Shown piece by piece: positions 9,419 to 20,140 of a stretch of DNA of 64,000 bases. Origin of the DNA: an uncultured Clostridia bacterium. GTDB lineage: Bacteria > Bacillota > Clostridia > Christensenellales > UBA1242. How positions within the stretch are numbered: position 1 is the first letter of the stretch; each line of letters starts with the position of its first letter. The position numbers and the translations under genes are program-made. The notes below the pieces were generated by a model. It searched no databases. It saw only the letters and a program-made list of their open reading frames with translations, and was not told the DNA's origin. Location of the stretch: positions 144,487 through 208,486 of the forward strand of contig CALWEA010000001.1 of NCBI GenBank assembly GCA_944376905.1, given 5' to 3'.

Positions 9419-10570
9419 ATGGCAAAATCTATTTCTGCGATTATGGATATAGGTTCTGGAAAAATAACTGTTTTAATTGGGGCGAAAGGTGTTAACAATT
9501 CTTTTATTGTTTATGGGAAAAGCAGTGTTCCTTATGGTGGTTTTGCGAATGGTGAATTTCTGGAACCTGAAAAACTTTCTAATGTTATTGGAAAAGCAAT
9601 TGAAAATGTTGAAATAGCAACGAGATTTTCAATTAAAGAATTAACAGTTTCAGTTCCAGCAGAATTTTGTTTATGTAGAAACAAGAAAATTTCTGTTACA
9701 TTTCAGTATAATAAAAAATTAAATGAAAATATTATAGATGAAATATATGCAAATGCTGTTGAATATATAGATAATTATACTCTTATAACAACTGAACCAA
9801 TATACAATTTATTAGATGATGGTAGAAAATTGTTAAATGTTGTAAATCAAAAAACAACAAAATTAACTTGTTTAGTGTCTACTATATATGTTAATAATGA
9901 TTTTTTAAAAATAATGAATAACTGTTTAAGTGCTCTTGCTATTCAAAAAGTTAATTATGTTAATTCAATTTTTGCAACTGCTTCTTATTTGTTGCCTCCT
10001 GAAAAATTAGATGGTAGTGCTGTTTTAATTGATGTTGGCTACATAACAACTGACCTTGCAATTGTTAAAGGTGGAGGGTTGATTTCTTTAAGTTCATGCT
10101 CAATGGGTGGTGGACATGTTATGGCCGATTTGGCAGAGTGTTTAAAATTAGATTATAAAGACGCAGAAACTTTAAAAAGAAGAATTGTTTTATCTTTACA
10201 AACTTCCCCAAACGATATTTATATTGTTGATAGTTGTCAACCAAATCAAACAAAAACTATTTTTGCAAAAGTTGCAAATCAAATTGTTTTTGATAGACTT
10301 GATGTTATTGCTTCTTTTATTAAAAAAGCTATTCAAGAAGTTACAGAAGATGAATTTATGCCTATATATTTAACAGGTGCAGGAATTTCGTGTATAAAAG
10401 GTGCAAAAGAATATATTTCTTCTGTTTTAAGTCAAAATATTGAATTGATAACGCCTAATTTAGTTGAATTTAATAAACCAAGTGATTCGTCGCTAATATC
10501 TCTTTTAGACTTTTCTTTAAAAAAGTTAGAAAAAAAACATGGCGGATTGCTTGCAAAACTTAAAAAGTAA
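9419..10570 (+). CDS. ftsA: Cell-division protein FtsA (actin-like ATPase)
   Basis: MDIGSGKITVLIG phosphate-1 motif, VLIDVGYITTDLAIV, MGGGHV, YLTGAGISCIKGAKEYI. RBS AGGAGG. Directly upstream of ftsZ. Confidence 0.8.
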   Translation: MAKSISAIMDIGSGKITVLIGAKGVNNSFIVYGKSSVPYGGFANGEFLEPEKLSNVIGKAIENVEIATRFSIKELTVSVPAEFCLCRNKKISVTFQYNKKLNENIIDEIYANAVEYIDNYTLITTEPIYNLLDDGRKLLNVVNQKTTKLTCLVSTIYVNNDFLKIMNNCLSALAIQKVNYVNSIFATASYLLPPEKLDGSAVLIDVGYITTDLAIVKGGGLISLSSCSMGGGHVMADLAECLKLDYKDAETLKRRIVLSLQTSPNDIYIVDSCQPNQTKTIFAKVANQIVFDRLDVIASFIKKAIQEVTEDEFMPIYLTGAGISCIKGAKEYISSVLSQNIELITPNLVEFNKPSDSSLISLLDFSLKKLEKKHGGLLAKLKK

Positions 10571-10711
10571 TAGTATAATAAAGGTATTAACATAAATGGT
10601 GTAATATAGTATAATTATGTTATCAGTTTAATAAAAAATATTTTAAATATTACATAATTTTATTTATTTTAAGTTAATGATAACTTATTATAATAAAAAA
10701 AGGAGTTTTTT

Positions 10712-11917
10712 ATGTATAACAACACAAATATAGGACCAGTTGCCAATATTAAAGTTATAGGAATTGGTGGTGGCGGAAATAACGCTGTTAATAGAATGAT
10801 TAATGCGAACATAACGAGTGCTAGTTATGTTGCTATTAACACTGATAAACAAGATTTATTGATGAGTAATGCTGACCAGCGTCTTCAAATTGGTGAAAAG
10901 ATAACTCGTGGATTAGGCGCTGGGGCAGAACCTGAAATTGGCTTAAAGGCGGCAGAAGAAAGTAAGGCTAGTATAAGCGAAATTTTGAAAGACACTGATT
11001 TAGTTTTTATAACAGCAGGTATGGGAGGTGGAACGGGAACTGGTGCGGCTCCTGTTGTTGCTCAACTTGCAAAAGAAATGGGAATTTTAACTATTGCTGT
11101 TGTTACAAAACCTTTTAGTTTTGAAGGTAAAAAACGTATGGAAAACGCGGAAAAAGGATTAGAAAACTTGAAAAAGTATGTTGATACCTTAGTTATTATT
11201 CCTAATGATAAACTTTTTCAACTTGTTCCAAAAGATACTCCTGCCGTTGAAGCATTTAACTATGCTGACGATGTTTTGCGTCAGGGAATTCAAGGTATTT
11301 CTGATTTAATTGTAACTCCTGGTTTAATAAATCTTGATTTTGCTGATGTTCGTTCTATTATGAAAAATAAAGGCTTGGCACATATGGGAATAGGGCATGG
11401 AAAAGGTGAAAATAAAACCATTGAAGCAGTTAGACAAGCTGTTTCTAGTCCATTACTTGAAACAACTATTGAAGGAGCAACTGGTGTTCTTATCAATGTT
11501 AAAGGTGGTATGGATTTGCCATTAAGTCAGGTTTATGAGGCTGCTGATTTAGTTAAACAAGTTGTTGACCCAGAATGTAATATAATTTTTGGAAGTGGTA
11601 TAGATGATGCAATGAATGATGAAGTTGAAATAACCATTATTGCAACTGGTTTTAATGATGGGAAAAATGCTTTAACCCAAGATAATTTAAGTAGAGCAAA
11701 AGAAGAGGCTGAGGCTTTTGGTGGGTTTAAGTCTAAAAATCTTTTTGGAAATGTCAATAATTCTTCAAACAACATGACAAATAATGCTTTTGCTAATCAA
11801 AATTATCAGTTTGGTGGAGACCATAAAATAACAAAAACTGAAAATTCATCTATTTTTAAGGTGGAAGATGCAGATATTCCTCCTTTCTTAAAAAAACTTA
11901 GAAAAGATAAATTTTAA
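10712..11917 (+). CDS. ftsZ: Cell-division GTPase FtsZ
   Basis: [13 protein letters not shown] and the tubulin signature [16 protein letters not shown]-terminal IPPFLKK peptide after an N-rich linker. Confidence 0.97.
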   Translation: MYNNTNIGPVANIKVIGIGGGGNNAVNRMINANITSASYVAINTDKQDLLMSNADQRLQIGEKITRGLGAGAEPEIGLKAAEESKASISEILKDTDLVFITAGMGGGTGTGAAPVVAQLAKEMGILTIAVVTKPFSFEGKKRMENAEKGLENLKKYVDTLVIIPNDKLFQLVPKDTPAVEAFNYADDVLRQGIQGISDLIVTPGLINLDFADVRSIMKNKGLAHMGIGHGKGENKTIEAVRQAVSSPLLETTIEGATGVLINVKGGMDLPLSQVYEAADLVKQVVDPECNIIFGSGIDDAMNDEVEITIIATGFNDGKNALTQDNLSRAKEEAEAFGGFKSKNLFGNVNNSSNNMTNNAFANQNYQFGGDHKITKTENSSIFKVEDADIPPFLKKLRKDKF

Positions 11918-11952
11918 TAAATTTTGATTCATATAAAATAAAGGAGTTTTTA

Positions 11953-12351
11953 ATGAGAACTTACATAATGTTAAAGCCAGATGCTTTAAAACGTAGACTT
12001 GCTGGTGAAATTATTTCCAGAATAGAGAAAAAAGGTTATGAAATAACCGATATGAAAATGTTTACATTAACAGAGGATATTTTAAAAGAACATTACGCAC
12101 ACATTGCAAATCTTCCTTTTTTTCCAGATATAGTAAAATTTATGACAAGTGGACCAGTTATTGGCATGATTGTTGAAGGTCCAGATGTTGTTCAAGGAAT
12201 GCGTAATTTAATGGGGGCAACTAAATGCTTAGAGGCAACTGCTGGAACTATTAGGGGGGATTTTGCTTTTACAAATGGTGAAAATTTAATTCATGGTTCT
12301 GATAGTCCCGAAAATGCAGAAATAGAAATTGCTAGATTTTTTGGTAAATAA
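11953..12351 (+). CDS. ndk: Nucleoside diphosphate kinase
   Basis: YIMLKPDA..., NLIHGSDS active-site His region. 132 aa. RBS AAAGGAG. Confidence 0.93.
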   Translation: MRTYIMLKPDALKRRLAGEIISRIEKKGYEITDMKMFTLTEDILKEHYAHIANLPFFPDIVKFMTSGPVIGMIVEGPDVVQGMRNLMGATKCLEATAGTIRGDFAFTNGENLIHGSDSPENAEIEIARFFGK

Positions 12352-12357
12352 TTAATT

Positions 12358-12386
12358 AAAGCCTTTTAGTTGAGGCTTTTTTTGTG
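12358..12386 (+). terminator. Intrinsic terminator after ndk
   Basis: AAAGCCT-tttagttg-AGGCTTT followed by TTTT. Confidence 0.7.
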
Positions 12387-12538
12387 TAAAAATTATTTTA
12401 AAAAAATATTTTTTTGATGTATAGCGGTTTAATATTTTTTTTAATCATGTTATGTTATATTATATCGTATTATATACTAAATCTTATTTAAATTAGTCAA
12501 TGTTTAGTTAGTATGTTTGAATTGGTTAAGGTGGTAAA

Positions 12539-13663
12539 ATGAAAAAGGCAGAAGAAACTAAAAAACAAGTTGAAAAAGCGTTTTTGATTGGTGTTATTTT
12601 TAATAACAAAGAAGATGTTGATGCTAATCTTTTTGAACTTGAAAGACTTGCGGAAACAGCGGGGTTAGAAGTTGTTGGAAAAGATTATCAATTAATTAGA
12701 ACGGTAACTCCCGCAACTCTGCTTGGTAGTGGAAAAATAGAGGAAATAAAACAACAAATTAATTTTTTAGATGCTAATGTTGTTATTGTTGATTACTCTT
12801 TAACTGGTTCACAAATGAAAAATTTGTCTGATTTACTTGATGTTAAAGTTTTGGATAGAATGGGTTTGATATTAGATATTTTTGCTATGCGTGCAACAAC
12901 TTTGGAAGGTAAATTACAGGTTGAATTGGCACAGTTAAAATATTCTCTTCCTAGGCTTTCTTCTCTTTCAGGAACTAGCGGTAGATTTGGTAGCGGTGGA
13001 GTTGGTATGCGTGGGCCTGGTGAAACACAATTAGAGTTGGACCGAAGAAATATAGAAAACAAAATTAATCGTCTTGAAAAAGAAATTATAAAAATCAAAG
13101 AACAACGAAATTTAAAGAGAAAACAAAGAAATCTTGGTAATAAAAAATTGGTTGCAATAGTTGGTTACACTAATGCAGGAAAAAGCACATTGCTAAATTT
13201 AATTTCAAAAGCAGGTATTTATGCAGATGATAAACTTTTTGCAACATTGGAAACAACGAGTCGTAATGTTTGGTTAGATAGTGAAGTTCAAATAATATTA
13301 ACTGATACTGTTGGTTTTATTAATAATTTGCCACATTCATTGGTTGATGCTTTCGCAAGCACACTTGAAGAAGCAAAGTTTGCTGATTTGATTTTGCATG
13401 TTGTTGATATTTCAAGTAAACATTATAAAAAACATATGGAAGTTGTTAATAAAACTTTAAGAGAAATTGGTGCACAAAACATTCCTGTTTTAGTTGTTTA
13501 TAATAAAATTGACGCAAGAGAATGTGAGAATTCATTAAGCGATTGTAATAATATTTCAACTATTTTAAAGCCTAATGAAGTGTTGATTTCTGCAAAGAAT
13601 AATATTGGCATAGAAGAATTAAAGAAAAAGATTATAGAAGTTTGTAAAGGTCTAAAATCTTGA
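12539..13663 (+). CDS. hflX: GTPase HflX
   Basis: HflX N-domain with GPGETQLELDRR. G-domain GYTNAGKST, DTVGF, NKID. Confidence 0.92.
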   Translation: MKKAEETKKQVEKAFLIGVIFNNKEDVDANLFELERLAETAGLEVVGKDYQLIRTVTPATLLGSGKIEEIKQQINFLDANVVIVDYSLTGSQMKNLSDLLDVKVLDRMGLILDIFAMRATTLEGKLQVELAQLKYSLPRLSSLSGTSGRFGSGGVGMRGPGETQLELDRRNIENKINRLEKEIIKIKEQRNLKRKQRNLGNKKLVAIVGYTNAGKSTLLNLISKAGIYADDKLFATLETTSRNVWLDSEVQIILTDTVGFINNLPHSLVDAFASTLEEAKFADLILHVVDISSKHYKKHMEVVNKTLREIGAQNIPVLVVYNKIDARECENSLSDCNNISTILKPNEVLISAKNNIGIEELKKKIIEVCKGLKS

Positions 13664-13823
13664 CTCAATAAAAAAATTTATTAAACTAATTTAATAAATT
13701 TTTTATTTTTATATATTAAACTTTTTTTTATTTTTCAAAATTATTATTTTATTAATAATATTTTTATATAAAATTTTTATTTTTTAAAAATGTTTTTGAA
13801 TTATATTTTTAAATGTTTTTTGT

Positions 13824-14360
13824 TTAAATATTTTTGTTTATATTATTTTTTGAAAATATTGTGTAAAGCAACGCTCCACCAAACACAAAAATTAAAGGTG
13901 TTATCGCAATTGAAATTAATAAAAAGTCGGAAAATCCTTGTATTTGAATAGGTTTTATTTCAACATCTAATCTAGTTGTATTTAAATTTATGTCTTTGGG
14001 TGTTAAGTTTAAATTTTGCGTATCAACAAAAAAGAAGTTTGAATAGGAAGAAGTATCTTTTGTATTATTTAAACTTATATTTTGTGAGTGTAACAATTGG
14101 TTGGTTGGAAGGTAATAAAATTTGAGATTAATACTGAATTGATTAAAGTGTTGATTTGTGGTGTTTTTTATATCCATAGAAATATCATATTTAACATTAG
14201 CGGAAAAGTAATAATCATTGTCTATTTCTATTGTTATATTCCTTGGATTGATTGTTATTTTGTTATTATTATCAATAATAAAAAGAGTTATAGTTGATGC
14301 AAGTGTAAGAAAAAGTAAGATTGAAAATAATATTATTTGAAATTTTTTATTTTTAATCAT
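13824..14360 (-). CDS. Hypothetical membrane-anchored protein (N- and C-terminal TM)
   Basis: 178-aa ORF with hydrophobic N-terminus FQIILFSILLFLTLAST and C-terminal TM. Overlaps the upstream gene by 8 nt (operon-like). Confidence 0.6.
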   Translation of the reverse strand: MIKNKKFQIILFSILLFLTLASTITLFIIDNNNKITINPRNITIEIDNDYYFSANVKYDISMDIKNTTNQHFNQFSINLKFYYLPTNQLLHSQNISLNNTKDTSSYSNFFFVDTQNLNLTPKDINLNTTRLDVEIKPIQIQGFSDFLLISIAITPLIFVFGGALLYTIFSKNNINKNI

Positions 14361-14799
14361 TGTCTTTCTCCTTTTTAAAACAGAATATTAGTAATAGTTT
14401 TGTTACTAATAAAACAACAACACAACCAAGCGTTGTTAAATTAGACATAAAAAATGATGCTAGTAGTTGAGGAATATCATGATTGGTGCTTATAATAGTT
14501 AAAACAATTAAAAGAACAAGAGTTGCGCTGTGCATTGCGACCTCAATCCAATTAATATTCTTTTTTAGAAAGAAATTAACAATAATTGTTATTACATCAA
14601 GTGCAATAAAAATAATTGTTAATATGTAGCAAAAATTTAAAGTGTAATTTAAGTAACTAGATGAAATGTCTTCTGCGTAAATTAAAACGCCTATTAATGT
14701 AAATATTGTTCCAATAAGGGAAAAGAATGCAAGTATGTAAATTAGAGATATTATTTGTTTTTTTGTTGCGATATTCATAAATAAATCTTCCTTTTGCAA
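14353..14799 (-). CDS. Hypothetical multi-pass membrane protein
   Basis: 148 aa with about four hydrophobic helices. Translationally coupled to 13824-14360. Confidence 0.6.
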   Translation of the reverse strand: MQKEDLFMNIATKKQIISLIYILAFFSLIGTIFTLIGVLIYAEDISSSYLNYTLNFCYILTIIFIALDVITIIVNFFLKKNINWIEVAMHSATLVLLIVLTIISTNHDIPQLLASFFMSNLTTLGCVVVLLVTKLLLIFCFKKEKDND

Positions 14800-14999
14800 T
14801 TTATATATTTAAAATATTACAATATATCTTAATAAATGTCAAGATTTATATAACAAAAAAGCAAAAATAGATTTGCTTTAAAATTTCAGTATTTTACATT
14901 TTAATCTTGTATTAATTATATTTTATTTAAATTATAAAATTGTTTTTTTATTTTAATTATTGCTTTTGATTTTTTTAAAAGTTGTTGAAGTTATTTGTT

Positions 15000-15671
15000 T
15001 CAAGAATTTAAGATTTTTCCATTTGTGTCTATAATGACACAGACATTTGTTCCATCTGTTCCTAGAATACCAAAATACCAAAAATAGTTATCTAATATTG
15101 CCTTTTCGTCATATATAATTTTTACATAAACCTCAGCATTAAACTTCTTTTTGGTAAAAAAATTATTGATTTCATCTTTTAATGTTTCCATACCTATTAA
15201 AAATGCATCTTCGTATTGGACTGTCCAATTTTTACTTTGGCAAATAAGTTGAATATCGTTTTCAATACCTTCTAAAGAAAGAATTAAATTTTCATCATCA
15301 CTAAGAATGGTTTGAATATCTGTCATAAAAGAACCGTTGCGTGGATTTCTTTCTAATTGCCCTGTGTATGTTTGATTTGATGTGTTAAGTGTAAAATTAA
15401 TGGTTTCGTTAGGTATGGAGTCGTATAACATAACGGTTATAACGCCAAATTCACATTTTTCTTCCGAATATCCATTATAAGTGTAGGGATTTTCTCTCAT
15501 TCCGCACATAATATTGGTTTTTAGTTTGCTTGTTTTTGCATCAAATAAATTATATCTTACATCACTTATATTTTTTCTAACTTCATCTTCAATTTGTATT
15601 CCGCAACCGCTTAAAGAAAAACAAATAATTGTTGCAATAATAACTAAAACTAAATATTTAACTTTTTTCAT
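15000..15671 (-). CDS. Hypothetical lipoprotein
   Basis: Signal peptide ending in the lipobox LSGC (MKKVKYLVLVIIATIICFSLSGCG). Confidence 0.7.
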   Translation of the reverse strand: MKKVKYLVLVIIATIICFSLSGCGIQIEDEVRKNISDVRYNLFDAKTSKLKTNIMCGMRENPYTYNGYSEEKCEFGVITVMLYDSIPNETINFTLNTSNQTYTGQLERNPRNGSFMTDIQTILSDDENLILSLEGIENDIQLICQSKNWTVQYEDAFLIGMETLKDEINNFFTKKKFNAEVYVKIIYDEKAILDNYFWYFGILGTDGTNVCVIIDTNGKILNS

Positions 15672-15828
15672 ATTAAACTATATTCTTTTGTTTAAAATAA
15701 TAGAACCAATTATTAAAATAAGAAAAATAAAAAATATGTTAAAAAATAAAAACATATTTTTTTAAAGGATAAATTTATAAAAAAACAAAATATTTTATAT
15801 TTTTTATTTTATAATCTTTGTTTAAATA

Positions 15829-16185
15829 TTAATTCAATTTTGCAAATCCTAAACTAATCAATAACGCTCGATTAATTTCTTTCATTTTGTTATAATCTAA
15901 AACAGATAATTTTTGTTTTAATCTAGTTTTGTCGATTGTTCTAATTTGTTCTAATAAAACAACAGAATCTTTTGGTAGCATGTATGTTGAAGCAGATAGT
16001 TCTATGTGTGTTGGGATTCTTGCTTTATTTATTTGACTTGTTATTGCTGCAACTATAACTGTTGGTGAATATTTGTTGCCGATATCATTTTGTAGAACAA
16101 CAATAGGTCGAACTCCCCCTTGTTCACTTCCAACAACAGGGGATAAGTCGGCATAGTAAATTTCTCCGCGTTTAATTTCGTCCAT
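15829..16185 (-). CDS. mazF: MazF/PemK/EndoA-type mRNA interferase toxin
   Basis: [58 protein letters not shown] closely matches the MazF/EndoA pattern. 118 aa. Confidence 0.92.
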   Translation of the reverse strand: MDEIKRGEIYYADLSPVVGSEQGGVRPIVVLQNDIGNKYSPTVIVAAITSQINKARIPTHIELSASTYMLPKDSVVLLEQIRTIDKTRLKQKLSVLDYNKMKEINRALLISLGFAKLN

Positions 16186-16468
16186 TAGTTATGTCGTGCA
16201 ACTCCTTTTCGTATTTTTCCAAACACTTTAAATCTGGATTTAAAAATTCATCTTCCATATTCATATTATGAAATATAGTCTGTAAACTGTTAATCTTTTC
16301 CAATTCACTTTTATAAGATGTTAATTGATTGTTTAAATTTTTAGAATTTTTTATATCATTTATAAAATATTCTTTAAAAATAACATCTTCTAATGAGCCG
16401 TATTTTGATTCAAATATTTTTATTTCATTTTCCAAGTATCTATTTATGTTATTTAAAAATTCTTTCAT
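16172..16468 (-). CDS. Putative cognate antitoxin of MazF, not recognisably MazE/RHH/AbrB-like
   Basis: 98 aa from ATG 16468 (RBS GGGAG). Its stop overlaps the mazF start by 14 nt. Helical, with an acidic C-terminal part ([21 protein letters not shown]). Confidence 0.6.
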   Translation of the reverse strand: MKEFLNNINRYLENEIKIFESKYGSLEDVIFKEYFINDIKNSKNLNNQLTSYKSELEKINSLQTIFHNMNMEDEFLNPDLKCLEKYEKELHDITNGRN

Positions 16469-16647
16469 ATTTTCTCCCAAATTTAATCTTTTTAAACATA
16501 TATTTACTAAATAAATTAAATTAAGTTTATGTTTAAACGTAAAAATTATGTAAAAAAATAAAAAAGTAATAAATTTTAATAGACATCTTATACTATGTTT
16601 GATATACTTAAACTGTAAAAATTTGATTATTTTTTGTGGAGGATGAA

Positions 16648-17895
16648 ATGGAAAAGAGTGTTGCGAGTCTAAAACTTTTCAAAATAACAAAAATTTTAAT
16701 TTTAATTTTAATTATACCTGCTTTAATACTTGGTATTTTTAGTGGGGTAATGATGTTTAAAGCAAAGGCAAATGGAGGTTTCCCTTCAATGTTTGGAATT
16801 GCCTCTTTACAAATCAACAATGATAAATTTTATAATGAATTAACTGGTGAATATAGTAAGGGCTCTTATTATGGATTTTCTGCTAAAGAAGAAAATGAAT
16901 ATGCTTTAGGAGATTTTGTTGCTTATTATGTTGGTGAGTTGATTGAAGAACCAGTTGAAATAATATCAAAAGAACCTTATCCTTTTGAAGAAACTAGTCA
17001 AACTTCAACATTAAATTTTAATGGTGATTATGACAAAAATTTAATAAAATCAAATTCACCTTTTATAACTTCATCAGATTTTTCTGCAAACAATGATGTT
17101 TTAACAATAACTGATAAAGAAAAAGAATATAATAATGGTGCAGAAGTTAAATTTGGTATTATAACAAATCGTTATATTGGTTATGATGCAGAAAAAAATA
17201 GATATACTTGTTTTACAATTTATGATTGTAGTGAAACATATGATCCTAATAGAACTGACATAGATAATTATATTTTAGCAAAAACTATTATTGGTGCCCA
17301 AACAGAAACATCCGCATCACTTCTTGGATTTATAAATTTTTCTGCTAGTGTATTAGGTTTTGTTGTTTTAATTTTAGTTCCTTGTATTTTAATGTTAGTT
17401 TTCTATATAATTAACATTTCTTCAAAAGCTGTTTATGAAAAAGAGGAAAAAGAACTTAAAAAGAAACTAATTTTAGATAAAGAAATTGTTAAAGAACAAG
17501 ATAATATTAAACCTGAAAAAAATTCAGTTATCAATCAATTTGAAAGTGAAACTGATTTGGCTAAAAAGGTTGAAGGCTATGAAGCGAAAATAGATAAAAA
17601 TAAAGAAAAACAATCAACAAATGCTTCTCAAATTTTAAACAATACACAATCAACTAATAGTATTAGTGATAAACAAACGGTATCTTCTACTCAATCTTCA
17701 ATTCCACCAAAACCACCTGCAAAGCCAAAGCCACCTGTTAAACCAAAAACAACTGGAACAACCAAAACAAGTTCTAAAGATGCCCCTAAAACGAAAACAA
17801 CAAATTCAAATAAAAAACCTAAAAAGGAAACTTCTAGTTCAACAACTTCAATTCCTCCAAAACCTCCAACACCTCCAAAATCTTCTAAAAATTAA
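16648..17895 (+). CDS. Membrane protein resembling archaeal-type signal peptidase SipW (S26B) but lacking the catalytic Ser/His, with a long Pro/Lys/Thr-rich tail
   Basis: N-terminal TM, then KANGGFPSMFGIASL (compare SipW ASGGEPNLFGYQL). GIITNRYIG where SipW has AVTHRIV. C-terminal TM LILVPCILMLVFYIINISS (compare SipW LLIVPGVMLLVYAFVTISS). No His in the first ~260 aa. Tail is PPKPPAKPKPPVKPK. ATG 16648 follows GGAGG. The SipW comparison is from memory. Confidence 0.45.
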   Translation: MEKSVASLKLFKITKILILILIIPALILGIFSGVMMFKAKANGGFPSMFGIASLQINNDKFYNELTGEYSKGSYYGFSAKEENEYALGDFVAYYVGELIEEPVEIISKEPYPFEETSQTSTLNFNGDYDKNLIKSNSPFITSSDFSANNDVLTITDKEKEYNNGAEVKFGIITNRYIGYDAEKNRYTCFTIYDCSETYDPNRTDIDNYILAKTIIGAQTETSASLLGFINFSASVLGFVVLILVPCILMLVFYIINISSKAVYEKEEKELKKKLILDKEIVKEQDNIKPEKNSVINQFESETDLAKKVEGYEAKIDKNKEKQSTNASQILNNTQSTNSISDKQTVSSTQSSIPPKPPAKPKPPVKPKTTGTTKTSSKDAPKTKTTNSNKKPKKETSSSTTSIPPKPPTPPKSSKN

Positions 17896-17922
17896 AAGTT
17901 TATTTAATATAAAAAATATTAA

Positions 17923-17952
17923 AGTTGTCTTATAGACTAGACAACTTTTTTT
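17923..17952 (+). terminator. Intrinsic terminator
   Basis: AGTTGTCT-tatagact-AGACAACT followed by TTTTTTT. Confidence 0.75.
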
Positions 17953-18100
17953 AATTTATTTATAAAATTTTTTATAGCATTTACAATTTAAATTGTATTG
18001 TTTAATTACTTTTAATTTTTCTTTATTTATATATTATATATTTTATTAAACGTTTGCGAAAATTTTTTTATTTTATTGGTGCTATTTTGTTTTTATTTTT

Positions 18101-18172
18101 ATAGTTTTGTTTATATAGTTTTGTTTATATAGTTTTGTTTATATAGTTTTGTTTTTATATAGTTTTGTTATA
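18101..18172. repeat. Tandem 14-bp repeat (ATAGTTTTGTTTAT), about 5 copies, upstream of murA
   Basis: Read directly: atagttttgtttat x3, then two degenerate copies. Confidence 0.85.
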
Positions 18173-18373
18173 TTATTATTTATAAATATTTTTATAATAA
18201 TTTAATTTTGAAGGTTTATTGATTTTTTTAACAAAATTTTTATGTTTAAAATTTTATTATTAAGAGTAATAAGTTGTTTGAAAATATAATATAATAGTAA
18301 AAAAATAATAGTTAAATAATATGGAAGTTAACTTTTTATAACAATGTTCCATAATATGTATTGGAGATTACAA

Positions 18374-19633
18374 ATGGAAAAATTACATATTAAAGGTGGA
18401 AATAATTTATATGGAACAGTTGAAATAGGAAGTGCTAAAAATGCGTATTTGCCAATTTTGGCGGGTGCAATTTTATGTTCTGGAAAAATTGAATTAAATA
18501 ATTTTCCTTTTTATCGTGATACAATAAATATGACTTCCATTCTTAAAGAACTAGGTGCTAAAATTGAAATTGATGATAAAAAATTGTTTTTAGATATGCA
18601 ATCATTAAATAAATTTGAAATTCCTAGTCAATTAGCAATGTTAACCAGGTCTTCTATTTTTAGTTTGGGTGCAATTTTGGGTAGATTTGGAAAGGCGCGT
18701 GTTGCATATCCAGGGGGTTGTGATATTGGTTCAAGACCAATTGACTTGCATCTTAAAGGATTAGAAAAACTTGGTGTTAAAATTATTGATAAACATGGTT
18801 ATATAACTTGTGATGGCAGAAATTTGCATGGCAATCTTATTCATTTAGATTTTCCTTCCGTTGGAGCAACTGAAAATATCATGATGGCAGGTGTTTTGGC
18901 AAAAGGAACAACTAAAATTGTTAATGCAGCAAAAGAACCTGAGGTCGTTGACTTGCAAAACTTTTTAAATAAAGCGGGTGCAAAAATTAGAGGGGCGGGA
19001 ACCGAAGTCATAACAATTAAGGGTGTTGAAAAACTTCATGATGTTTCTTACACGCCTATAACAGATAGGATAATTGCCGGAACTTATGTTTTAGCAACTT
19101 GTATTTGTGGAGGCGAAATATGTCTGGAAAATGTTAACCCAACTCATTTGCAAGCACTAACCAGCAAGTTGACAGAAAATAATCCGTCAATAAAAATTAA
19201 TAGCAAAAATAATTGTATGTTTATTAAGTCATGTGGCAAATTAAAGGCAATAAATAAAATAGAAACCATGCCTTATCCGGGGTTTCCAACAGATTTACAA
19301 CCTCAAATGGTTGCTCTTCTTTCAATATGTGAGGGTACTTCTGTTGTTGTTGAAAATCTTTTTGAAACCCGTTATCGTTATACAACTGAATTGGCAAAAA
19401 TGGGCGCTGATATAATTATAAAAGATAGAAGTGCTATTATAAAAGGTGTTAAAAATTTATACGGTGCACAAGTTTTTGCGAGCGATTTAAGAGGCGGTGC
19501 TGGACTTGTTTTAGCAGGTCTCATTGCAGATGGATACACGACAATTGGAAACATTGAGCATATACAAAGAGGTTATGAATCAATACAAACTGATTTGAAA
19601 AAATTAGGTGCTGATATAGAACTTGTTAATTAA
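18374..19633 (+). CDS. murA: UDP-N-acetylglucosamine 1-carboxyvinyltransferase MurA
   Basis: MEKLHIKGGNNLYGTVEIGSAKNAYLPILAGAIL, active-site Cys loop YPGGCDIGSRPIDLHLKG. Start moved to ATG 18374 (GGAGA RBS) rather than the track start at 18344. Confidence 0.93.
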   Translation: MEKLHIKGGNNLYGTVEIGSAKNAYLPILAGAILCSGKIELNNFPFYRDTINMTSILKELGAKIEIDDKKLFLDMQSLNKFEIPSQLAMLTRSSIFSLGAILGRFGKARVAYPGGCDIGSRPIDLHLKGLEKLGVKIIDKHGYITCDGRNLHGNLIHLDFPSVGATENIMMAGVLAKGTTKIVNAAKEPEVVDLQNFLNKAGAKIRGAGTEVITIKGVEKLHDVSYTPITDRIIAGTYVLATCICGGEICLENVNPTHLQALTSKLTENNPSIKINSKNNCMFIKSCGKLKAINKIETMPYPGFPTDLQPQMVALLSICEGTSVVVENLFETRYRYTTELAKMGADIIIKDRSAIIKGVKNLYGAQVFASDLRGGAGLVLAGLIADGYTTIGNIEHIQRGYESIQTDLKKLGADIELVN

Positions 19634-20004
19634 TGAATGTTTATCTTTTATTATCAACAACTGATAATTATTATAATAATCAACAAAAATCTTTTAATAC
19701 CATATAAAAATTTTAAATTTTTATTATTAAATAATATTGTTAATTTGCTCGTTAATCTTATTATAGTTTTTTTTAAATGCTTTTATAAAGATTGAACGCT
19801 TTTAAAATCAGTAAGAAAATAATATAATATAAAATAAAATGAAATAATATAATATAATATAATGTAAACTTTATCTAATTGAAAGTAAATTTGTTAAATT
19901 GGTAAAGTTTTTCTTGTTTATTAAAAAATATTAAATTAATAAAAGTGGTTTTTATTTTGAGAATAATTTGAATTTTTAATTATAAAAAAGAATAAAATAG
20001 GGTA

Positions 20005-20033
20005 TTGAAATTTAAGAAAAATTATGATATAAT
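20005..20033 (+). promoter_or_regulatory. Sigma-A promoter with extended -10 for the 1433-aa gene, followed by a perfect palindrome
   Basis: TTGAAA 20005-20010, 17-nt spacer, TGaTATAAT (TATAAT 20028-20033). The 15-bp palindrome ATTGATATTATCAAT at 20051-20065 lies in the leader. Confidence 0.6.
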
Positions 20034-20140
20034 GTTTGAAAATATAAAATATTGATATTATCAATGTAATTTTAGTTTGCATAATGATAAAAAATTAAGA
20101 AAAAATTAATTTTTATAAATAAAAAATTAAAGGAGTTAAA

